DNA of 64,000 nt from Eledone cirrhosa (taxonomy: Eukaryota), in NCBI GenBank assembly GCA_964016885.1, contig OZ024750.1:40672001-40736000 (forward strand), written 5' to 3'. The notes beneath the pieces are model-generated. The model was not told where the DNA came from. It saw nothing but the letters and a program-made list of their open reading frames with translations, and did not search any database. Made by a program: the position numbers and the translations under genes. Positions 13,271 through 24,805 of this stretch are shown here, piece after piece. Position 1 is the stretch's first letter. Each line of letters begins with the position of its first letter.

Positions 13271-14317
13271 TTATTTATTACACTTTTCCTACGTTCTTTT
13301 ATGCTCTCTGTGTCTCTAGCCAAAATCATTTCTGTATGAGCAATACATGGTCACCTGACTTGGCATTGCTCACAACAGGACAAGTCATCAAACCCATGCC
13401 AGTCAGTGTGAAAAAGTGGACGTTAAACGGTGTTGATGATATATGTATATAGATATATATATATATATACATATCCTATAGTACACTAAAAGAAATGTTA
13501 GACTGCTAGGTTTCACAAACCTATTAACTAACCTTCTGTTATATTTCTCTGAAGTTTTCATCAACAGCAGCTGTTTGTTTGAACTTGTCAATCCTTCCTT
13601 AAACCTACTCAACACTAAAGTTGCTTCTTCTCTCACACCTAGATCCCATACTGAAAGCTTTGTCCAATCCTTCTAGAACAATACACCTCTGTAGAACGTC
13701 ATACCTTCTACCCACTACCCTATAAATAGCTGACACACATCACTCTATACTGACCAATAACAACACTAATTCCACCCAGGTAGGCTAATCCTACAGTTGA
13801 AGAAACACCTGAACAGAATACTTTTTTCCCCAGACTAACAAATGATGAAGATGCATGGCTTAATGGTTAAAGAATTGGATTCATAATTGCGAGGTTGCGA
13901 GTTCAATTTCTGGACCGGGTGATGCGTTATGTCCTTGAGCAAGACACTTTATTTCACCTTGCTCTTTCTGCCAAGAGCTGCAACTGGTTCATAGTAACAG
14001 CAATGGAAAGACCAATGGAAACATTGCTTCCTTGGTCCAATTTGCCGAGTTCCACTCCACTTGGCAAACAAGTGAGATCTGGGATCTTGTCCATTATTAA
14101 AGAACATTTTTTTAAATGATTTCTAATTTAGGCACAAGGCCAGTAATTTGTGGGGAGGGGAAAGTTGATTAAATCCACCCCGGTACTTTAATGGTACTTT
14201 ATTTTATTGACCCCTGAAAAGATGAATGGCAAAGTTGACTAATAATAAAAGAAGCTACTGAAATATCTAGGGGTTATTTCTAGTCCACTGGTGCAAATAG
14301 AGAAGATACTCTTTTAA

Positions 14318-14575
14318 CCCTTTCATTACCATATTTCTAATGAAAGATATTCCTTATAATTTTTCAAATGATTTTGAAAATAATCAAGAATTTGAAGGGA
14401 ACTAACTTCCTCTTTATTAAGTTGTGGTTTAGAATGTAACTTAACAAAGGTTCCTGCATAAAATTAGGATGAAAGATTCTGAGATAATTGTATACACCGT
14501 AAAACAAATAGTTTTATATCAGAGAACCAGGGGCGGTTTCAGGCAGGGTTTTTTTATTTTTTGGTATCAAAAGGG
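14318..14575. mobile_element. Second TTAA/CCCTTT MITE family
   Basis: TTAA|CCCTTTCATTACCA ... TGGTATCAAAAGGG|TTAA. Related ends near 17700, 19257, 22650 and 47930. Confidence 0.7.
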
Positions 14576-16783
14576 TTAATTTTGATAGTCAACCTTTTCA
14601 ATTATCATCTAACAAACATGACTACAGACAGAAGCTATGGTAAAGATACTTATCCAAGATACCATACTGTGGGATTGAACCCATAAAATGATATAGGGAG
14701 GTTGCCATGTCCTTCAGTTGTGTCAAGGACATGACAACCTCCCTAGTGTTTGGGACCTATATGATAAACACACCCAGTACAATAACTTAAAGTTATGCAA
14801 TATAGAATCTCAAACTTTTATTCCCTGATATTAAACCTGGGACAACTTGATAAATTCCGACCTCACACACTTACACCTCTCCAAGGCAATGTCACTGGAC
14901 CGAGAGCTTTGGCGCTACGCAGTAATAGAGAAGACCCGCCTTACCTAAGTACAAAGTGAAACCTACTACAGTCAGTAGGCACCTCTAACAAAATACACCC
15001 CCGTCCCACTACCCCCACCCCATCCACACCACCCCTTCAATGTAAAGTTATGTTGGTGTCACAACATCCAGCCCGAAACAAATGAGGTCGTGTAGGTGTC
15101 ACGACAAAAAAAACACACAGTCCACGCTGTAATGTGGCCGTGTAGGAAACACGGTAAAAACCTCCCAGTTCCACACTGTAAATGTGGTTGGTGTTAGGAA
15201 GGGCATCCAGCCGTAGAAAACCCGCCAGACAGTCCTATGCGAGCAAGACAACCACTCTTGCCTCAAGAGGGAAAACTCCCGTCCACACCCATACAAGCGT
15301 GGAATATGGACGTTAAACGATGATGATGATTGTGTGACTCCAAACCTAGCTCTTTATTCTATTTCATTGTCATTGCTATCAGAGAAATTCTAAATCTTTG
15401 AACGAATTCAGTGGTTCCCATTTCCTCTGTCAGTTCAGCAATTTGAGAAGATTCTCACAACCTCCATCCAACAACTATTGATATAGTTGGGTGCTCCAGT
15501 ATTTCATTTGATATATATTATACACTGTAGTTGGGTTTATTGGTATTTCAGTTGATATATAATGGAGGCACATGGCTTAGAGGTTAGAGCATTGGCCTTG
15601 CAATCGAAAGGTTGTGAGTTCAATTCTCAGACCATGTGATGTGTTGTTTCCTTGAGCAAGACACTTTATTTCACATTGCTCCAGTTTACTCAGCTGTAGA
15701 AATGAGATGATAGGGGTCCCTATCATTCCACTGCAAAGTGGTCGTGCAGGTGCCACGGCAAAAAAGCACCCAGCACTCACTGTAAATGAGGTTGGTGTTA
15801 GGAAGGGCATCCAGCTGTAGAAATCAAGCCTGAATCAGTTCCCGTCCCACCCTTGCAAGCAGGGAAAAAGCGGACGTAAAATGAAATGATGATGAATGAT
15901 GATGATATACTGTAAATGTGGTTGGTGTTAGGAAGGACATCCAGCTGTAAAAACCCTGCCAGAGACACTTCCGTGCGAGTGACCACTCCCGCATCAAATG
16001 GAACAAACCCATCTAACCCATGATAGCATGGAAGATAGACGTTAAACTCATTCATCATCTCATTTCTATAGCTGAGTAAACTGGAGCAATGTGAAATAAA
16101 GTGTCTTGCTCAAGGAAGCAACACATCACCCGGTCTGAGAATTGAATTCACAACCTTCGATTGCAAGCCCGATGCTCTAACCACTAAGCCATGTGCCTAA
16201 TATATACTATTTATTTATACATAGTATATATTGTATTATTTATTATATATAAATTAATGATTTTATTTATTATATATTATTTACAATTTGTGTGTAGGTA
16301 AGTCTCTCTGGAAATAGGATTGGGTGGGGCGCTGAGGATATTACCTGACCGTGAGGGTGGCGGTGGCCCAAAAGTTTGAGAGTCTCTGCTCTAAATATAT
16401 CTGTTATAAAATTGTTGCTACAGACAGTAGAATGAAGATTTTCTCAGAGAAAATGAGAGGATAATTCTGGAATGATGGCCCAGTTCCAACAAGGTTTAGA
16501 ATTAAAAGATTAAAAGATCTACTGTTGAGAGTGTTGCTCTCTGTCAAAGAAAGTGTTTGTTTACAAACTAATGCACCAAATTACTAACAGACAATACTAG
16601 AAAAAGACCAGTTTATATTAATTAGTGTCTTTCTAATTGAAAATAAACTTATTATTACAATCCTGTTTGGTTTGACTTAAACAAAGACATGTAATCATAA
16701 AAGAGAACAGAAACGTTGTGACAAAATAATATTTGCAGGAAGCAGTTTCTACCAAAATTTCCTGTAGTAATTGAGCAGAAATT

Positions 16784-16991
16784 ATTTAAACCAGCCATAT
16801 CCGGCTAGAATCTCTCACCTCTTTCTGTTCAAATCAGCTGTAACCGGCCAATCATACTTATGTTAAGGTACTGTTTCCAAAATAAATATCAAAATCTCAT
16901 AGATTTGATATTATGTGAAATAATTATGTGAGGTAAAGCTTTTACCATGAAAATATAATAATATATATAGAGTAATGTAAATGTTAAAGGG
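16784..16991 (-). mobile_element. Same MITE family, single-unit copy
   Basis: Unique tail plus one unit, ending AAAGGG|TTAA; the other TIR is missing. Confidence 0.7.
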
Positions 16992-17460
16992 TTAAAGACT
17001 GGTTTGTTAATTCCAATGTTTATTGTATCTTTACTAGTGGACAGATTGTAAAACATTTCCAATATTTGAGCAAAAAATTTTGTTAATGTTTTGGTGCTTT
17101 TCAACTGTATCTTGCTAATGTGGTTTTATGTGGTTTGTTAATTCAAATGTTTATAATATCTTTGCTAATAGACAGATTGTTGTGAAACATTTGCAGTATT
17201 CAAGTAAAATCTTTATTTCTTAATGTGGAAAAAAAGAAAAAAAAGCACCCAGCACTCACTGTAAATGAGGTTGGTGTTAGGAAAGGCATCCAGCTGTAGA
17301 AATCAAGCCTGAATCAGTTCCCGTCCCACCCTTGCAAGCAGGAAAAAGCAGATGTAAAATGATGATGATGATGCAGCCTTAGATCTCTTTTTTTTAAATG
17401 TTGTCCTAATGTGGTTTCATGTGGTACAGGACATTAAGTTAAAGCTATTATATTTCTCAG

Positions 17461-17615
17461 GTACCATAAACCTCACCCTCCAGATACCGTCAGCCCTCCT
17501 GGAAAACTGAAACGTTATCTTGTAGATAATTGTGTACGATTTGCGGAGTCATATGAAAGGTTCTTAGAGAAACGCTATCCAAAAGTTTTTGAGGTCTACA
17601 GGATGTTTAAAGTTG
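17461..17615 (+). CDS. LETMD1: LETMD1-like exon 2
   Basis: ttctcag|...|gtatgt. Encodes YHKPHPPDTVSPPGKLKRYLVDNCVRFAESYERFLEKRYPKVFEVYRMFKV(G), resembling vertebrate LETMD1 [22 protein letters not shown] (recalled sequence). Confidence 0.88.
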
Positions 17616-17824
17616 GTATGTATTTCAAAATAACTATAAAAAGCATGCCACTTAATTTATAGTTTTAGAAACAATGATTTTCTATTTTTTTTTCTAATTT
17701 TAACCCTTTTATGACCATATTTCTATGTGTTTCATTTAATGTTCAAGACTTTTGAGGGATTTAGTAAAATAATTTTTAAGATGATGTTTGGAGTATTATC
17801 ATTATTATTTTTTTATGTCTAGAT

Positions 17825-18164
17825 GAAGGCGCATGGCTTAGTGGTTAGAGCATTGGGCTTGCAATCGAAAGGTTGTGAGTTCAATTCTCAGACCGGGTGA
17901 TGTGTTGTTTCCTTGTGCAAGACACTTTATTTCACATTGCTCCAGTTTACTTAGCTGTAGAAATGAGATGATAGGGACTGGGGTCCCTATCATTCCACTG
18001 CAAAGTGGTCGTAGAGGTGCCACGGCAAAAAAGCTCCCAGCACTCACTGTAAATGAGGTTGGTGTTAGGAAGGGCATCCAGCTGTAGAAATCAAGCCAGA
18101 ACCAGTTCTTGTCCCACCCTTGCAAGCAGGGAAAAGCGGACGTAAAATGATGATGATGATGATG
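17825..18164 (+). mobile_element. tRNA-derived SINE with RTE-derived tail (family A)
   Basis: A-box TGGCTTAGTGG and B-box GAGTTCAATTC; tail CCCACCCTTGCAAGCAGGGAAAAGCGGACGTAAAA(TGA)n matches the RTE 3' end. Other copies near 11064-11365, 15564-15907, 28937-29278 (+) and 11910-12215, 16060-16197, 19590-19863, 32851-33196, 43820-44220 (-). Confidence 0.85.
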
Positions 18165-18729
18165 AGGCTCCCATGGCAGTCCAAGTGGTGCCCCTTCATG
18201 TGGGGCCCATGGCACGTGCGATGCTTGCCATACCCTAGCTATACCTCTGTATGTATGTGATAGGGAGCTGTACCATGTCACTTGTAGTTTCTCTTTAAAA
18301 CTTTCATTACCATATTTCACAGGAAAGACTGTCTGTGATATTTAAATAATTTAGAAACTAAACATTTGAAGAGATTTTCTAATATGACAAATGTTCTTGT
18401 TATTAAACTGGCATTAATTGCAATGGATTGGCAGAGTTCTTGGAGAGTATCAGACAAATTCTTAGCAGTATTTGTTCCAGCACTTTACTCTGAGTTCAAA
18501 TCCTACCAATGTCAATTTTATCTTCCATTCTTCCGAGGTTGATAAAATGAAATACCAGTTATAAATTTGGGATTAATAAAAGCACAACTCAACGAAAAAA
18601 AAAAAAAAAAAAAAATGTTGGCCCTGTGCCAAAATTTTGAAATTATTATAAAGCTGCTGTTTGTAATATAACAAAAAACTTACATAGCATTCTCGTGAAC
18701 GGTTTTTTAGATAGATATAAACATCTTAA

Positions 18730-19208
18730 CACTTTGGTATTTAAACTGACCATATCTGGCCAGAGTTCCCTCACCTCTTTCTGTTCAAACTGGCTGTAAC
18801 TGGCCACTCATACTTATGTTAAGGTATTGTTCTTAAAATAAATAATATCAAAATCTCATAGATTCGATATGTGAGATGATTATGTAAGGTAAAGCTTTTA
18901 TCATGAAAATACAATAGTATATATAGAGTAATGTAAATATTATGTGAGGTAAAGCCTTTACTGTGAAAATACAATAGTACATATAGAGTAATGTAGATGT
19001 TATGTGAGGTAAAGCCTTTACTGTAAAAATACAATAGTATATATAGAGTAATGTAAATGTTATATGTGATATGTGAGGTAAAGCCTTTACTGTGAAAATA
19101 CAATAGTATATATAGAGTAATGTAAATGTTATGTGAGATATTACGTGAGGTAAAGCCTTTACTGTGAAAATACAATAGTATATATAGAGTAATGTAGATG
19201 GTAAAAGG
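18730..19208 (-). mobile_element. Same MITE family, empty, degenerate TIRs, 60/72-bp units
   Basis: TTAA|CACTTTGGTATTTAAA ... GTAAAAGG|TTAA, about 5 units. Confidence 0.8.
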
Positions 19209-19334
19209 TTAAAACACAGTTTAGTACCATAGAGCCAGGTGGATGGTATGAAAAGGGTTAAGTAAATTATAACTATTTCTTCTATTACCTGTATTTACCT
19301 TGAATTAATCCACATTTCATTTTGACTTTTTCAG

Positions 19335-19447
19335 GTATCAGGGATTTTATTTCTGACACCAAAAGCTATTACAATGTGACTACAGAGTTGTGGACAGGTA
19401 AAAGTTTGAGCTGCTTCACACGTAAAGAACTTGAGATTTATAAACAG
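19335..19447 (+). CDS. LETMD1: LETMD1-like exon 3
   Basis: tttttcag|...|gtaaga. Encodes (G)IRDFISDTKSYYNVTTELWTGKSLSCFTRKELEIYKQ; phase-compatible with both neighbouring exons. Confidence 0.88.
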
Positions 19448-20008
19448 GTAAGAAATCAGCAGTGTTTCTGGAAGAAATCAGTAGTGTTCAGACCTAAGAG
19501 GGATGGTCTCTGCCAGGTTTATAATGCCCAAGACATATGTCACTATGGTGCCGCTAAGGCTCCACAAGGAGTTAAGGGTTCATATATATATCATCATCAT
19601 CATCATCATCATTTTACGTCCACTTTTCCCTGCTTGCAAGGGTGGGACGGGAACTGACTCTGGCTTGATTTCTACAGCTGGATGCCCTTCCTAACACCAA
19701 CCTCATTTACAGTGAGTGCTGGGTACTTTTTCCGTGGCGCCTGCACGTCCACTTTACAGTGTGGGCTGGGTGTTTGTTTTTTGCCGTGGCACCTCCACGA
19801 CCACTTTACAGTGGAATGATAGGGACCCCAGTCCCTATCATCTCATTTCTACAGCTGAGTAGAAATATATATATATGTAAAAGTTCTATTTAAATTGTTG
19901 GGATACAACAAGCAAATATTTTTATAACTGATATAAAGCACTCAACAAATATTTGGAGTAAAAATACGATATTAATAAATGGAAACTATATTTATAAAAC
20001 CATATTTA

Positions 20009-20069
20009 TTTCATTATACATATTTCAAGGACACCAAGTTAAATTATGGTGTGCTTTCATCAGATAAAA
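20009..20069 (-). ncRNA. Type I hammerhead motif
   Basis: Minus strand reads UUUUAU-CUGAUGA-AAGCACACCA...UGGUGUCCUU-GAA-AUAUGUAU-A-AUGAAA. Confidence 0.68.
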
Positions 20070-20146
20070 TATAATATAGATCAGTTTTATAAATAAATAT
20101 TGACATACCCTTAAAGAATGCAACCATTACTGTTGGAAGCTCCTGG

Positions 20147-20232
<86 letters not shown>

Positions 20233-21142
20233 AAGTCCATAGAATCATTAGATAAAATGTATACAGTATTTCTTCTCCCAATCAGCATAAATCAACCACA
20301 CAAAAAAATTATTTAAACGAGGCTATAAGTTTAAAATATACTTATGAAGAAACAATAGATAAATGATATAGTTGTTTATCTGCGACTCACAGCTACAGAA
20401 AATTTACCTAGTATTTCTGATAGCCTGTAGAAATTGACTAGACATATAGTTAACTATACATAATTAGGTACAAAATCCAAGTTAGAAGAAAAAATGTACA
20501 TAAACATACCGAAATCATCAAAATATCTCTACCCCCGGCAGTTTCAGTCCATTTTTGGATATATCATATCTTGGATAAATCAACGAGGTTGGAAATCATC
20601 AGGAGATAAACTCAATTGGACAAAGATTTTTCTTACATGATCCCCGCCAGAAACGAATTCAAAATGGCTAAGAATCATCACGTTGCTAGTGGTCAAGGCA
20701 GAAAGTTTGTGATTGGTGCCTGTTGGCGAGTAGGCTGGTTGCTAGAAAGCGCAGCCGAATACTGCCTAAAGTTTTACTCAACCTTACAGGAGTATATAAA
20801 ATTTAAATGGTATATAGATATAAACTGGACAAAGCCATATATATATATATATAAGTTTTTGGCAACCATTCACAGTGTGGCTCAATGACGAATTAATTAA
20901 ATAATTAATAATCAGAGCAATATATAAAAAGTAAGTCCATAGAATCATTAGATAAAATATATACAGTATTTAGTATATATATAATATATAGAAAACCCGC
21001 CAGACAGTCCTATATGAGCAGGACAACCAATCTTGCCTCAAGTGGGAAAACTCCCGTCCAAACCCATGCAAGCGTAGAAGATGGACGTTGACGATGATGA
21101 TGATGATAATGATATATATTATATATATTATATATATCATTA

Positions 21143-21800
21143 TTGATAGACACATTTTTCAAATGCAGGAGGGCGCTATAGAAGTGGTGGATAGCTTCCG
21201 GTACCTAGGAGATCAGATTAGCATGGGAGGAGGGTGTTCCGAGGCCATAGTATCTAGAATAAGGACGGGTTGGAAGAAGTTTAGGGAGCTGCTTCCTCTG
21301 TTGACGAAGAAGGGTTTCTCCCTGCGTACGAAAGGCCGGTTGTATGATGCCTGTGTGAGGAGCGCGATGCTGCATGGTAGTGAGACATGGGCAGCAACTG
21401 CAGAGGATATGCGACGGCTGGAGAGAAATGAGGCAAGCATGCTCCGTTGGATGTGCAGTGTAAATGTGCGTGAGCGACCTGGCATAAATGTGTTGAGAGA
21501 GAAATTGTGTCTGAGAGGGATAGAATGTAGTGTACGGGAGAGGAGACTGAGGTGGTATGGACATGTGATGCGCATGGAGGATGACCGATGGGTGAAGAAG
21601 TGCCAGGAAATGCCAGTTGAAGGAAGATGTGGTAGAGGTAGACCACGGAAAACATGGGCGGAGGTGGTGAGAACAGACCTCAGATCATTGAAGCTCACGG
21701 TGGAGATGACGAGGGACCGTGACGAGTGGAGAGATGCTGTGCTGAATAAGACTCGTCCCACCCTTGCAAGCAGGGAAAAGCGGACATAAAATGATGATGA
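21143..21800 (+). mobile_element. 5'-truncated RTE-clade LINE fragment with (ATG)n tail
   Basis: FRYLG, LHGSETW, RRLRWYGHV and RGRPRKTW motifs of the RTE/BovB-like ORF C-terminus. Confidence 0.88.
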
Positions 21801-22531
21801 TATATTACCTTCAACAATTTACTTGTTATAGAACGAATAGCAAGTATCAATGTTAACATATTCAGTTGAATATAGAATGTTTGTTTTTTACTTAAAGTAG
21901 AAAATGCACCCAGTACACTCTGTAAGATGTTTTGGATGCATTGAATCTTGCTAATTCATTGTGATAGATTGGCACTTTATTTATCTCTAAAGAAGTGAAG
22001 GGTAAAGTGGACCTCAACAGGATTTGAACTCAGAGCACAGAGAGCTGGAATAAATACCACAAGGTATTTTCATCCAACATTCTAACAACTCTACTTTTAG
22101 TAGTAGTAGTAGTGGTGGAGGTAGTAGTAGTGGCAGTGGTAGTAGTTTTGGTGGCAGTCGGTGTAGTAGTAGTAGTAGTGGAGGTGGGGGTAGTGGTGGT
22201 GGTAGTTTTGGTGGCAGTGGGTGTGGTAGTAATTATGGTGAGGATGGCAGTAGTATATGTTGTTATAAGTGGGGTGTTTCAAAGAATTTGATATCATTTG
22301 AGATGTAAATATTCCAAAGACTATAAAGTCTAGGAGAACGAGACTCAGCGGTCTTAATGTGAGCAACATATGCTTTATTCCTCAAATTTTGAATGAGAAA
22401 TTCAAATTTATGTAGATTCCATGACCAATTTCTGGGATATTTACATTTAAATGATGTCTACTTTTTTAAAACACTCTGTATATCTCATTAAGATTTCTAA
22501 TATTTCATGACTGTACATATTTTATCTTCAG

Positions 22532-22614
22532 TATCCAAAGGATGTGTGGAAGGTGTCACCTACATTGATAATTTCAGCTTTACCATTTGCTAACTATGTT
22601 GTCTTCCCAATCGC
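22532..22614 (+). CDS. LETMD1: LETMD1-like exon 4 (LETM1-family transmembrane segment)
   Basis: cttcag|...|gtaagt. Encodes YPKDVWKVSPTLIISALPFANYVVFPI(A), matching the IISIPPFANY motif of LETMD1. Confidence 0.92.
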
Positions 22615-23056
22615 GTAAGTTATATTTATAACTGTTTTATTTTCATCTTAGCCCTTTCAGGACCACATTTCTAATGAAATACACTCTTTCAATTAGTTAA
22701 TGAACAATTTTGAGCGATTTATTAAAATTATCAATTATTTTATTACTGAGATAGTAACTTAACCCTTTACCAGTTACATTACTCTATATATACTATTGTA
22801 TTTTCACAGTAAAGGCTTTACCTCACATAATATCTCACATAACATCTCGTATACGAGAGACGTGTGTTGACGTGTGTGAACAAGCTCGGCTACCGAGTCG
22901 GATTTACTTACTCAAAAAGTGAGTTTTGATTAATTTTTTTATACTGTAATATACGTTAACCCCTTGCCTTGGTCGTCAAACTTTGAGTTTATTTATTTTC
23001 GCCCCTTTTTGGGGCGAATTTTCCAGTTAAAAATTTATTACGGCAAACTAATAGAA

Positions 23057-24784
23057 ATGGACGGAATTTTCACATCTCATCCTAACGTGAAAGCCACGCC
23101 CCCTAAGAAAGGTGATACAGAGAAGCTAGAAGCACAAGGCTCTAAGTCTTCCCTCCTGACTTCTGCAAAAGAAACATGGAACACGGAATTAAAAGAAAAA
23201 TTTGTAAAAATGGGTGAAAACCCAGAAAGTCACATAAACGCAGACAAAAACAACAACGACAATAACAGCAATAGTCACAACACCAACCAAGGAAAAAATA
23301 ACGATAACACCAAACAAAGCGAACCCACTACTGGTGCCTCCTTTGCACAGGCGGTCCGGAAAACACAAACCTGCAAGCAACTGGACATTACAACTCTGAG
23401 AGAAAAGATGAAGGAAGCGAAACAGTATGTAACTTTCAAAGAAGGAGGAGACTTCACAATCACCTCCCCACAAGAAATCAAAAGAGACACGACGCTAAGA
23501 ACGATATCTTTCAGAACAATTTCCAACATAACAAGGAAACCAACTCAATTATCCCAAAAAGAGATTGAGCTGGTCCTAAAAAATGTGTGGAGTGATATAT
23601 CGTTCATACAAAAAGGGCCACTCTATGGGAATATAACGGTCCTAATGAAGGATCAATTGACGGCCAGGAAATACTCTGTGGCACCAATTGTTTCCAAGCT
23701 ACATACATTTTTCCCCACATATTTAGGGAAAAGAACGCAGAAGATAAGGGTCTCCGGAATCCGGCCAAATGCATGCATTTCCTGGGTACTAACAGGATTT
23801 TTAGAAGACGAGGACGGAATCCTCTCAGTAGGAGAAGTCACCACAGACGTTTTCGGCGGTTTGAGCGTGGAGGTTCTGGTCCAAATGAGACCAGAACGAA
23901 TAGCTAGAATACCACAGAGGGTGTCCCTCGATGGAGAAACATTTATATATATTTCAGCCGAGGGTAGGAGGCCCATATGTTACTACTGTTCAAGCAGGGG
24001 TCATCTAAGGGCTGCTTGTCCTCAATTGACAAAAAAAAAGGCTCTTTTGCCTACACCCCACACACCACCACTGCCACCACCACCACCACCTCCACCACAA
24101 CAACAACAAAAACAACAGGGAAAAATAACACAAGACACGGCCCCACCCAAAACAACTCCCAAAACACACACAAATACAACAAAACCCCAAAATACACCAC
24201 TACCCGACAGCACGGACGAGGACCCAGCGGAAACGGCACCTAGTGACGAAGAGGGGGAACCCTTCCAACCTGTAAAAAGGAAAAAAAGAAAGCACCACTC
24301 GAACATAAACGAAACAAACACACAACCACCAACAAAAACAAAACAAACAGAACAAACAAAATCCGCCCCACCCCAAAACATAACACATACAACAAAACGT
24401 AAGCACACACAAGAACAACAAACAAACACAACACAAATAAAACAGTATACATACATTAACACAAATAACAAAGAACTAGTAAAAACAATACACAAAGACC
24501 CTTTGGTGGAAACTGAAGGGCAATTCTTTGCAAGCGCGGCCAACAAACCGCATTTAAAAATGATAAGACTCCCAATGGACACCTATGCAAAACTAAGAGA
24601 GAACTTTCCTGAGGACGTGGGGAAAACATGTACTCGACCCTATAACCGCGTCCTCTTGAAACGTTTCCCCACCCACACCTCACCAAACACCCCCACTCCA
24701 CCACAGAACAACACCCCACCAAACAACCCCTCCAATACGCCCATGGATATTGTGCAACCTGCTCCTCAGGAGCCGAACAGGTAG
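23057..24784 (+). CDS. Tx1-like ORF1 (gag-like, CX2CX4HX4C zinc knuckle)
   Basis: First in-frame ATG at 23057; CYYCSSRGHLRAAC knuckle followed by a P/T/Q-rich tail; stop codon 21 bp before ORF2. Confidence 0.88.
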   Translation: MDGIFTSHPNVKATPPKKGDTEKLEAQGSKSSLLTSAKETWNTELKEKFVKMGENPESHINADKNNNDNNSNSHNTNQGKNNDNTKQSEPTTGASFAQAVRKTQTCKQLDITTLREKMKEAKQYVTFKEGGDFTITSPQEIKRDTTLRTISFRTISNITRKPTQLSQKEIELVLKNVWSDISFIQKGPLYGNITVLMKDQLTARKYSVAPIVSKLHTFFPTYLGKRTQKIRVSGIRPNACISWVLTGFLEDEDGILSVGEVTTDVFGGLSVEVLVQMRPERIARIPQRVSLDGETFIYISAEGRRPICYYCSSRGHLRAACPQLTKKKALLPTPHTPPLPPPPPPPPQQQQKQQGKITQDTAPPKTTPKTHTNTTKPQNTPLPDSTDEDPAETAPSDEEGEPFQPVKRKKRKHHSNINETNTQPPTKTKQTEQTKSAPPQNITHTTKRKHTQEQQTNTTQIKQYTYINTNNKELVKTIHKDPLVETEGQFFASAANKPHLKMIRLPMDTYAKLRENFPEDVGKTCTRPYNRVLLKRFPTHTSPNTPTPPQNNTPPNNPSNTPMDIVQPAPQEPNR

Positions 24785-24805
24785 GTCCTTCCTCTTTTAA
24801 CCAAC

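Noticed and set aside
17825-17900. tRNA gene-like sequences
   Set aside because: These are SINE heads continuing into core and RTE tail, without a proper cloverleaf.
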